From the IMG/VR virus record IMGVR_UViG_3300035208_003503, positions 484 to 64,483 of that record: a stretch of 64,000 nucleotides of DNA. One strand, 5' to 3'. This document shows, piece after piece, positions 28,788 through 37,387 of this stretch (the stretch's first letter is position 1; each line of letters opens with the position of its first letter). The notes beneath the pieces were generated by a model that was given only the letters and a program-made list of their open reading frames with translations, did no database searches and was not told the origin of the DNA. Source of the stretch: a virus (taxonomy: Duplodnaviria; Caudoviricetes). A program made the translations under genes and the position numbers.

Positions 28788-28970
28788 GGGGGAGTGGCGC
28801 AATTGGCAGACGCACATTAACTGGCACTATGACCAAAGTGGGAAACCGGGTTTATGAACAGACTGGCAGCTGGCGGAGCGAGGAGTAATTACCCAATACC
28901 TTCGATGATTGTCGTGCACAACCCGTCCCGGCGGGTGGCAATGCGGGTTCGAGTCCCGCCTCCCCCCACA
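28788..28970 (+). ncRNA. tRNA-like RNA with a ~125-nt insert replacing the anticodon/variable arms
   Basis: Acceptor GGGGGAG/CTCCCCC, class II-type D-arm GCG-CAATTGGCAGA-CGC, perfect T-arm GCGGG-TTCGAGT-CCCGC. Confidence 0.75.
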
Positions 28971-28993
28971 GTTTCTTTAGTAATATCAATAAC

Positions 28994-29413
28994 ATGGAGA
29001 TAGTAATGCACAAAGTAAACATAGATATGATAGCAGACCAGGAAATTACCTTTAAGGGTATTCCTATAAATATCCACGATATAAAAAGTATTATTGTGGG
29101 TAGCAACTGCGAGATAAAAGAGATTGCCAGGCTGAGTGATTCTGAAAAGAAAGAGGAAAGAAAGCAAGCCTTTGATGACTGTATAGCACGGGCGCATAAG
29201 ATGAATAAAGAACTGAAATGGGGTATCCAGTCGGCTATGCTGGGGGTGTGCCTGTATGAGGCAAATAAACGAGAACTGTTTAATCCCATTAAGCTCAAAG
29301 AGTTTGATAACTGTGATTTTATACATGACGTTATTGGTCTTGTACAACATTGGAACCATAGGGGCGGTGGTGAGTTTAGTGATGATTTCCTACCAAGATC
29401 ATCAGGAGAGTAA
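28994..29413 (+). CDS. DUF6874-like phage protein
   Basis: C-terminal LKEFDNCDFIHDVIGLVQHWNH.GG...DDFLPRS. Confidence 0.5.
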   Translation: MEIVMHKVNIDMIADQEITFKGIPINIHDIKSIIVGSNCEIKEIARLSDSEKKEERKQAFDDCIARAHKMNKELKWGIQSAMLGVCLYEANKRELFNPIKLKEFDNCDFIHDVIGLVQHWNHRGGGEFSDDFLPRSSGE

Positions 29414-29466
29414 TATAAGGTTCTTCTTATGTTACTTTATTGGATTAAACTAACAAGGGGGACCAT

Positions 29467-30732
29467 ATGTCTGATAATAAGAAAGAGATTTGGAAAGATA
29501 TAGCTGGTTATGATGGTAGGTATCAGGTTAGTAGTTTTGGGAGGGTTAGGAGTTGTAGATCGAATGAGTACCAAGTACTAAAGATAGCTACATTCAGCTA
29601 TGGTTCTAGTATATACTTGTATAATGGAGCCCTACAAGAGTTTCATATGATAGACCGCCTTGTTGCAGCTACTTTCCTGACCAAATCAAAAGAGTCTTGC
29701 AACTTAGTGCATGTTGACGGTAATATACACAACAACTGCGTAGATAACTTAAAATGGAATTTATTTAAGTCCCTACCAGGGGAGGTATGGGTTGACATAA
29801 AAGGTTATGGTGGCAAATACCAGGTTAGTAATTTTGGAAATGTTAGAAGTACCAGCCCTAAAGGCGACACACTTCTTATGAAAATTCCAGTTAGAAAAGG
29901 CAACCAGACCCAAATGATATCTCTTTTTAAGGAGGGTACGCATAAGAATCATGCTGTTACTGGTTTAGTTTCTGAAGCCTTTATGCCCCGACCTAAAGAC
30001 ATGTGCACCCTGCTCCATATTGATGGGGATAAGCATAATAACAGGGTAGATAACCTACACTGGGAGGATACTGAGATATACCCTGAAGAAGTATGGGTAG
30101 ACATAGTGGGGTATGAGAAGAGATACCAGGTGAGCGATAAAGGGAGGGTCAGATCTACTACGTCTAAGTATAGTAAAGGTTATAAAGTACTAGCCCAAAT
30201 GGCTGACAGCAGGGGTTATTTACAAGTAAGTTTTAAAAGGGAGGGTAAGCAGAAATCTTTTTCCGTGCATAGGTTTGTAGCGGAGGCTTTTCTTTTAAGA
30301 GAGAAGGGTAGAGACCAGGTGAATCATATAGATGAAGACCGTAGAAATAACTTTTTAAGTAATCTGGAATGGGTTACCTGTGCCGAGAACATGAATTATG
30401 GTAGCGGTAAAGATAGAACTAGGCTGGCTAAAGTTGTGTCAGGTGCTGCCCACCCAGTAGTTAAACTTAATTTAATAACTGAGGATTCCATTTTTTACTA
30501 TTGCTCAGCAGGGTTAGCTGCTAGTAGCGTTGATGATCATGTAGGCCATATAATTAAGTGCTGTAAAGGTAAGCGTAGTGATTGTAAAGGCTTCAAATGG
30601 CGCTATGCAACAGAAGAAGAAGTCAAAGCACTCATAGAGATATATGAGGCAGGTACCTACACAGATGAAGCCATACCGGCTGATCAGGTAATAGTCAATA
30701 AGGAGGACACTAATGCTAAAGAAGAACGTTGA
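29467..30732 (+). CDS. NUMOD4/HNH homing-endonuclease-like protein (3 modules plus NUMOD1-like C-terminus)
   Basis: Three W.DI.GY...YQVS..G.VRS motifs, each followed by an H.D....NN...NL.W motif; KGFKWRY. Confidence 0.9.
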   Translation: MSDNKKEIWKDIAGYDGRYQVSSFGRVRSCRSNEYQVLKIATFSYGSSIYLYNGALQEFHMIDRLVAATFLTKSKESCNLVHVDGNIHNNCVDNLKWNLFKSLPGEVWVDIKGYGGKYQVSNFGNVRSTSPKGDTLLMKIPVRKGNQTQMISLFKEGTHKNHAVTGLVSEAFMPRPKDMCTLLHIDGDKHNNRVDNLHWEDTEIYPEEVWVDIVGYEKRYQVSDKGRVRSTTSKYSKGYKVLAQMADSRGYLQVSFKREGKQKSFSVHRFVAEAFLLREKGRDQVNHIDEDRRNNFLSNLEWVTCAENMNYGSGKDRTRLAKVVSGAAHPVVKLNLITEDSIFYYCSAGLAASSVDDHVGHIIKCCKGKRSDCKGFKWRYATEEEVKALIEIYEAGTYTDEAIPADQVIVNKEDTNAKEER

Positions 30733-30975
30733 TCATATAATAAAGGCCACCAAGGATCGCTTGGTCTATCACTCTGTTACTATATCAGAGAGTAGTGAGA
30801 AAGGATTCAGAGAACTTCTTGACAAGTTTGAAGATGCTGACTTTAATACTGCTTCTGACAGTTTGACTGACGCTATATATAAGTTGCTGCTGTCCTTCGG
30901 AGTACCGGACTTAGCTGCTTACAGATGTTCATGGAAATGGAGTGATTAATACTTAAAGTAAAAGGAGAATAAGAT

Positions 30976-32094
30976 ATGGCAAGAAAGTTAGCAAGTATAC
31001 AGATCATAAATGCTATAGACCCTATTGAAGGGTATGACAGAGTAGAGCTGGCAACAGTTTTGGGTTGGAGTTGTATTGTAAAAAAGGATGAGTTCAAAGT
31101 GGGTGATACAGTAGTCTATATAGAACCTGATACTCAGCTACCGCCGCACAAGGCATGGGAATTTCTCGATAAAAGACGTTGGAGGGTTATGACCTTGAAG
31201 ATGTGTAAGACAGTGTCCCAAGGACTTATCCTCCCCTTGGAGATAATTAAAGAGGTTAACGCTAAGGCTAACTACAAAGTAGAAGAAGGTGAAGATCTTA
31301 CTGAGATACTCGAAGCTGAGCATTATGAAAAAGGCTCAACTGGGAAGGACAAGGATGAAACGTACCGGAAAAGAAATTTTGTTATGAAATGGCTGATGCA
31401 GTTCAGACTGTTTCGGGTAATATACCGTAGTATCTTTGGCAAAAAGGAAGCGGGTGGTTTCCCTACTCATTTAATGCCGAAGTCTGATGAAATAAACATC
31501 CAGGCTATGCCCAGTATTCTTACAAAAAACCTTGGGGAAGTGTTCTACATAACAGAGAAGCTTGAGGGTCAATGTGGTAACTACTTCTTAGATCCGTCTA
31601 AGAAAAAAAACAACTTCATAGTATGTTCCCATAACGTCAGAAAAGGTAAAAAACCAGATCATTCAAACTGGTGGGACATTGCGTTGAAAATGAACATTGA
31701 AAAGAAACTACGTAAGTATCTTAAGGATCATGGTATCCATCTCGGAGTTCAGGGTGAGATTATCGGGGGACGCATTCAAGGGAATATCTATAAGATAAAC
31801 GGCCTTGATTTTTATGTATTTAACATAAGAAATCTGAGTACTGGGGAAGACTATCCTCTCTGTGAAAAGCTTAAGGTGTGTGAAGAACTTGGTTTAAAGC
31901 ATGTCCCGGTACTGAATGATAACTTCATCATTACAGACGAGGTGACCCCCCAAAAGCTTCTGGCAATGTCCAATGGTAAGAGTGCGCTTAACAAGCACAC
32001 CTCTAGGGAAGGGTATGTCCTTAGAAGAGTAGACGCCGACAGGGTCTCTTTTAAAGTTAAGTCCCCACACTATTCTTTGAAAAATGCTAAATAG
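30976..32094 (+). CDS. RNA ligase (DRB0094/Rnl2-like, with N-terminal OB/tRNA-binding-like domain)
   Basis: N-terminal RKLASIQII..I.PI.GYDRVE; nucleotidyltransferase motifs TEKLEG, QGEIIG, FYVFNI, EGYVL and SFKVKS. Confidence 0.9.
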   Translation: MARKLASIQIINAIDPIEGYDRVELATVLGWSCIVKKDEFKVGDTVVYIEPDTQLPPHKAWEFLDKRRWRVMTLKMCKTVSQGLILPLEIIKEVNAKANYKVEEGEDLTEILEAEHYEKGSTGKDKDETYRKRNFVMKWLMQFRLFRVIYRSIFGKKEAGGFPTHLMPKSDEINIQAMPSILTKNLGEVFYITEKLEGQCGNYFLDPSKKKNNFIVCSHNVRKGKKPDHSNWWDIALKMNIEKKLRKYLKDHGIHLGVQGEIIGGRIQGNIYKINGLDFYVFNIRNLSTGEDYPLCEKLKVCEELGLKHVPVLNDNFIITDEVTPQKLLAMSNGKSALNKHTSREGYVLRRVDADRVSFKVKSPHYSLKNAK

Positions 32095-32297
32095 AAAAAA
32101 CGCCATTATGGGTCCATAAAAAGGCTAAAAACACAGGTCTAATATACCACGGGGTTGCAGGCCTGTGTATAATTTTATTTTAAAAATGAGTGGGTGTCAT
32201 GCTGCGATCGTTGTATTTTTCACCCCGTGGCCTGCCCCGTACCTACGGTACGGCCTGGGGCTGCGCCACGATGTTATGATAACAATAGGAGAATCCA

Positions 32298-32624
32298 ATG
32301 GTAGACTATTATTTTGATAATGAAGAGGACGAGAAAGCCTACTTGAAGGAACGTCATACGTTCAAAACATCACGCCTAGAAGATCTGAGGTATTGTCGTG
32401 GATGCCATCTCATTGATGTTGAAAATATAAGGGAGGACATCCAAGAGCTTGCCTGCACTAGATTTAACGAAAGGCTACGTGCTTTTAGCGGTGCTTTTCG
32501 TATGGATTACAAGAACACCAGGAGTATCCCTAGACTTGCTAAATGCCTAGCCGGTCCGAACACTGAACCGGTTAAACGCGTACCCGCAAAGGCTATGTAT
32601 ATTACTTTGCGATTTTGGCCATGA
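32298..32624 (+). CDS. hypothetical protein
   Basis: AGGAG SD. Confidence 0.5.
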   Translation: MVDYYFDNEEDEKAYLKERHTFKTSRLEDLRYCRGCHLIDVENIREDIQELACTRFNERLRAFSGAFRMDYKNTRSIPRLAKCLAGPNTEPVKRVPAKAMYITLRFWP

Positions 32625-32672
32625 CCCCTACAATGACTAGTAGGGGCTCTCCGACTTATATCTATTTTTTTG
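32625..32672 (+). terminator. hairpin/terminator candidate
   Basis: CCCCTAC-N7-GTAGGGG with a T-run downstream. Confidence 0.4.
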
Positions 32673-32682
32673 TAATAAGTAC

Positions 32683-33318
32683 TTGAAGACACAAACGTTA
32701 ACATTGGAGGATATTATGGAAGACAACAAAAAGGTAGTGATACCCGATCGTATTAAGAATCAACTCATACAGATCGAGGTAGAGTTTGCTACTGTAATAG
32801 GTAAATACTACACTGAAATAGATAAGAAGAAGATCGACAAAAAGAAGTCAGACAAAGCATGGGCCGCATGCGAGGTAGTAGTAGAAAAGGCCCAGAAGTT
32901 GATGGACCCGTATGAAGATGGGCACTACATACGTGAGTTCTTTTACGACGATTCAATCCATTTCAATAATGGGGAGGATATTGATACCCTCCATAAGTAC
33001 TTTGAGTATATAGAAAAGTGGGTGACTTATTTTGGGAGACTCGATCATCAAATAAGAGACGGGTCAGAACTTGCTAGACTTTACACCGAATACGCGGACC
33101 TTGTTAACTCAATACCTGGGTATGATCTAGCCTACGCAATTCTGAAATCAAAGTACTTCTTCCAGAGGGTTGAGGAGCTGTGCTACATGGGTACTATAGA
33201 AGGGGATAGTAGTGCAGAAAGACTTAACAACTACTTCGATAGACTGTACTACAAGGTGGAGGCTATTAAGCATAACATGCTGAGTCGTCGAAAATTTGAA
33301 ACATTTCCAACTGAGTAG
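32683..33318 (+). CDS. hypothetical helical protein; likely start near 32716
   Basis: GGAGG SD before the internal ATG. Confidence 0.55.
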   Translation: MKTQTLTLEDIMEDNKKVVIPDRIKNQLIQIEVEFATVIGKYYTEIDKKKIDKKKSDKAWAACEVVVEKAQKLMDPYEDGHYIREFFYDDSIHFNNGEDIDTLHKYFEYIEKWVTYFGRLDHQIRDGSELARLYTEYADLVNSIPGYDLAYAILKSKYFFQRVEELCYMGTIEGDSSAERLNNYFDRLYYKVEAIKHNMLSRRKFETFPTE

Positions 33319-33850
33319 GAGACACCATGCTGAAAAAGTTATTAGGAAAGTGGTTAGACATTCCAACCTGCCCCCATTGTGGATCCTGGAATGTACGCCG
33401 AGGTTACTTCACCAGGGGTTGGAACCACCTATGCGAACAAACAGCGGGTGACCGGGGGGTTCAGTGTCCGGAGTGCCTTACCATAACCTTCGATAAAACA
33501 CGAAAGGAATCCCTAAAGATTACCCCATGCTGGTGTACATTCAATGGGGATCCCGGTGAACTCTACCGGGATAGCAATAAACAATTTATGATTGATACTT
33601 ATGGAGGTACACATGTCTAATTCAAAAGTAATAGACCATAGCAAACGCCTACGAAGAAAGGAATGGCTAGAAAAGAATAAGGAAACGCTTAAGGTTGCGT
33701 CCCCGGAAGAGCGTGAGGCTCTCCTGTCTATATTTGATGTATACGACAATAGAGATAACGCAGTTATAACCGTAACAGGTGAAGGAGGTGAGAAATGGAT
33801 CTCAGCGCAGAACGTAAGATGACAACTAGTAATAATAATTTTTAAAAAAA

Positions 33851-34297
33851 ATGGAGGGCAAAATGCCTAAAGAAAGAACAGATGTAGAGATACTTGCTAA
33901 GATCAAAGAAATAGAGGCTCAAGAACACTTGTTTGAATTCGTAACAGCGGATTTGAAGGAGTACCTTTCATATGAAGCTGTTAAGCCTTTTCTAAAAGAA
34001 GGAGTTACTGAAAAAGACTGGACACATAAACCTAAGGATCGAGACTCTATTCTTAAGCAAATGAAAGACTATATGACCTTTGCTTGGGATAAAGCAAACA
34101 ACGAAAGAGGTTTGAGTGCTTCAAGAACGATGGACCACTACACTGCCTGGATCTGGATGCTGGGAGACGAAGAAGTAGATATCTTCGGTAATATCCAAGA
34201 ATATGAATTTTATGGTAAACCACAACTGAAAGCTATATGTGATCATTACGGATGGGACGACGTAAATGATGACGATGGCGTCAGATCAAACGGATAG
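33851..34297 (+). CDS. conserved hypothetical phage protein
   Basis: YM.FAWDKANNERGLSA.R.MDHY.AWIW...YGKPQL pattern. Confidence 0.6.
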   Translation: MEGKMPKERTDVEILAKIKEIEAQEHLFEFVTADLKEYLSYEAVKPFLKEGVTEKDWTHKPKDRDSILKQMKDYMTFAWDKANNERGLSASRTMDHYTAWIWMLGDEEVDIFGNIQEYEFYGKPQLKAICDHYGWDDVNDDDGVRSNG

Positions 34298-34306
34298 GAG
34301 GATAAA

Positions 34307-34510
34307 ATGCCTAAAATAATTGATAAAAGACTTAACCTTTATGAGGTAACCAGATCAGGTACTCTTCATGTTAACAGAATAGCCGCAGAAAACATCCAAC
34401 AATGCCTACTGTGTGCTAAGAAAATATGTAATATGGAAGAAGAAGACATAGGCCGGGTGGTTCTGATAACCAAGGATTTGATGGTGAGATTTGAACAGGG
34501 AGAAGAGTAA
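34307..34510 (+). CDS. small protein, paralog of 34804
   Basis: IDKRLNLYEV...AAENIQQC. Confidence 0.6.
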   Translation: MPKIIDKRLNLYEVTRSGTLHVNRIAAENIQQCLLCAKKICNMEEEDIGRVVLITKDLMVRFEQGEE

Positions 34511-34527
34511 AAAGCCGGGAGATAGTT

Positions 34528-34770
34528 ATGAGATCAATAGAATATAACGGAACGTACCGGGAAGTCATGGACACTTGTAAGTACTGCGGAGGGGATGTCA
34601 TAAACAACTATGACGAGAATCCTAACAGGCCTTACAAGTGTACGTGCTGTGACAGAGATATCTGCCCTGATTGTGGTACGGAAACGGAACGAGGGGACTC
34701 TGACGATACGTGGGTAATAAAAGAAATTTGCCCGGATTGTGGGTGGGTCGATGAGTACGAAAATGAATAG
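34528..34770 (+). CDS. small multi-CxxC zinc-ribbon protein
   Basis: CKYC, CTCC, CPDC, CPDC. Confidence 0.55.
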   Translation: MRSIEYNGTYREVMDTCKYCGGDVINNYDENPNRPYKCTCCDRDICPDCGTETERGDSDDTWVIKEICPDCGWVDEYENE

Positions 34771-34803
34771 CCTGTATATGCTAAAAAATAGTAGGAGGAC
34801 ATA

Positions 34804-35010
34804 ATGTCAGCAAAAAGAATAGACAAGGAGCTTAACCTTTATGAAGTGCAGATTTCCCACACCACTGAACGGGCCATCTATGCAGCAGAGAATATCCAGG
34901 AATGCGTAGAAGCCATTAAAAGGAAAGAGGACATAGAAGAGTCTAAAATAATAAGTGTTAAAGTGTTGTACTTCGATATAAATGTTACCTTTTGCCATCT
35001 ATCTAAGTAG
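34804..35010 (+). CDS. small protein, paralog of 34307
   Basis: IDKELNLYEV...AAENIQEC. Confidence 0.6.
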   Translation: MSAKRIDKELNLYEVQISHTTERAIYAAENIQECVEAIKRKEDIEESKIISVKVLYFDINVTFCHLSK

Positions 35011-35629
35011 GGGGACCCATGATTATAACCATAGAAAACTTAGCCCTGCTTACCGTGCTAATAATATTAGTAGGGTCTATAGCTCTGTACCTGTCGGTGT
35101 GTGCTGCCAGGGTAATATATAGCATTACCAGACCCAAATACATCTACGGGTTTGACGTACTGAAAGTAGACAAAACTCTTCGTAAGAACCGTAGAAGTGG
35201 AGCAGTAGAGTTCATCATACTAGCCAAAGATAAAAGAGGCCATCCAATGTGGTGTAAGATGGATAGTTCCCACTGGGGAAGGTTCAGAGCTTACACAGAT
35301 AGATCTATTTAACAAAAGAGAAACCAATGGAGTATAACGCATTTAACCTGGTTTGCATGCTTATTATTCTTGCAATATCCTATGTGCTCATAAACTGGGC
35401 TATTAGGGCATTAATAGAAGTTATAAAGAAAGCCCTAAAGCCAATCATAGACGAAGAGTACATATTCGCACAGCTTAACAAGTACATGTACATCCGTAAT
35501 GGTGTAGGATTCGGATTTATATCTGACGGGACTATATTCCGTCATCTGAAAATATAGGGGACGCAATGCAAGTTCTTACAATGATCAAGAAATACAAACC
35601 AAGAAGATAGAACACTTAAGGAGAAAGCG

Positions 35630-36064
35630 ATGAAAAAATATATTGTAGTATACTGGAAAGTAGTGCCGTGGCCTACCCACTTGATAGTGTTCTCATGGGC
35701 ATCTGCACTGATAACGTCAACTATTACTGCAGCTCTAGGGTACCCTATACTGTTCGATACTGTTGATGGGGCAGGGAACAAGATAGCTGTACTTTACTTA
35801 ATCTATAGTGTTTCTATAGCCCTCCTGGTGTACGTCTTCAAATCTGGTATAGAAATGTTCCTAAAGGGTATGGCTTATAGGAACACCGATATAGAAAAGA
35901 CTTACGGGCTTAAAAAAGAATGTGTTGAGTGCCGGGACCTAACCTGCAAAGGCTATATAAGTATAGTTGCCTACTATGGTAAGAACACTACCTTGGATCA
36001 AAATGTTGGGTACGCCTATAACGCTTTAAAGATGGTGGTTAAATACAGACCACACTGGGGGTGA
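35630..36064 (+). CDS. membrane protein (2 TM)
   Basis: Two hydrophobic segments; AGGAG SD. Confidence 0.55.
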   Translation: MKKYIVVYWKVVPWPTHLIVFSWASALITSTITAALGYPILFDTVDGAGNKIAVLYLIYSVSIALLVYVFKSGIEMFLKGMAYRNTDIEKTYGLKKECVECRDLTCKGYISIVAYYGKNTTLDQNVGYAYNALKMVVKYRPHWG

Positions 36065-36065
36065 C

Positions 36066-36785
36066 ATGCTATTATCAACTGTAATGCTAAGTGTAGAAAC
36101 AACACGTAGATGTAATCTTACTTGTGCGCACTGTATGAGAGGAGACGCCCAGGAAGTTGACCTGGATCCGACGAAAACTATATCTTTTATGAAGGATCTT
36201 ACCTTTGTTAATAAATTACTAATAACAGGTGGTGAGCCTTTTATGATGCCTCACATCATTACCCAGCTAGTTATGTTCATGAAAAGCCTTAAAGTACACC
36301 TGGGCCACTTTGGGATAGTAACTAACGGCTGGCACTATAGTCCGGAAGTTCTGAGAGCTGTAACCGATCTATACGACTTGTGTAAAGACAAGGGGTTCTG
36401 CTATGTCATTATGTCCAATGACAACTATCACTTCACTCCTAATCCTGCAGTACACTTAGAGATGCTTAAGATTCTACCTGGGTTCAGCAAAGAGATATAT
36501 GATCGTGACCCCGAGATAATTGCTGAAGGAAGAGCCCTTAATATTGGGAACACTACTGTGGAAGAGATGTTAGGACCGCCAAAAATGGCTGAACTTACGG
36601 ACGGGTACTACATAGAGAACAAAGGGCTGACACTAAACGCTAAAGGTGAATTGGTGTGGGGTGGTGATCACAGCTATGAAAACCAGAGTAAACATGTTAT
36701 CTGTAATGTCACCGATGGAGTAGATATCCTGATTGAAAGACTTCTTGAAATGGAGAGGAAGCAGACTACCAGCTTGGTAGTATAA
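36066..36785 (+). CDS. radical SAM protein
   Basis: ETTRRCNLTCAHC (CxxxCxxC), ITGGEP, VTNG and S.D.YH motifs. Confidence 0.9.
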   Translation: MLLSTVMLSVETTRRCNLTCAHCMRGDAQEVDLDPTKTISFMKDLTFVNKLLITGGEPFMMPHIITQLVMFMKSLKVHLGHFGIVTNGWHYSPEVLRAVTDLYDLCKDKGFCYVIMSNDNYHFTPNPAVHLEMLKILPGFSKEIYDRDPEIIAEGRALNIGNTTVEEMLGPPKMAELTDGYYIENKGLTLNAKGELVWGGDHSYENQSKHVICNVTDGVDILIERLLEMERKQTTSLVV

Positions 36786-37048
36786 TAAAGACACTATTTT
36801 TGGTGTCTTTAATGGTAACACTAAATTCAGTAGGAGAATCAAATGGTGGATAAGGAAGAAAGGAGACAAGTTTATAGGGCGTTGATGGTCCCTGCGTACC
36901 TTGAAGGTGTTCAGAAAACTATCAAACATTGGGAACGTTGGAGAATGCAGCCTAAAGATGTTCTTATAGCCCATGTCAAGAAGTTAGCCGAGGAATGTGC
37001 TGACAGGAGAATGGAAGAGGTGGATAGTAAAGAAGATCCGGATAAACC

Positions 37049-37369
37049 GTGATGTCAAAATCTAAGAGGAATAAACGTATTGAGAAAAGCTACGAATTAC
37101 TGGAACCGTTGACCAGTATGGAACCTTTAGTAGCAGACCTTTTAAATTCACAGATAAAGCATTGCCCTAAGTGCAATAGCGTTTGTTTTACACTTGAAAA
37201 TGCATGCCTATCATCTAGTGTCCCCTGTCCAGAATGTGGCATATCATTTTGTCCTACCTGCAATAGCGAAATAAGCTACAAAGAACCAGAAGGACCGAAG
37301 CCAAGAATGCGAGAAGGTTATTGCAACTGCCCTGGTTTTGGATGGCTAGGAGTGGAATATGACAAATAA
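37049..37369 (+). CDS. zinc-finger hypothetical protein
   Basis: CPKC, CPEC, CPTC. Confidence 0.5.
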   Translation: MMSKSKRNKRIEKSYELLEPLTSMEPLVADLLNSQIKHCPKCNSVCFTLENACLSSSVPCPECGISFCPTCNSEISYKEPEGPKPRMREGYCNCPGFGWLGVEYDK

Positions 37370-37387
37370 TTAAAAGGAGAAAACGAT

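Noticed and set aside
25391-28970. Calling the two tRNA-like elements tRNA-His, tRNA-Sec or tmRNA
   Set aside because: No canonical 7-nt anticodon loop with GTG or TCA, no G3:U70 pair, no tag reading frame; kept as unassigned tRNA-like RNAs
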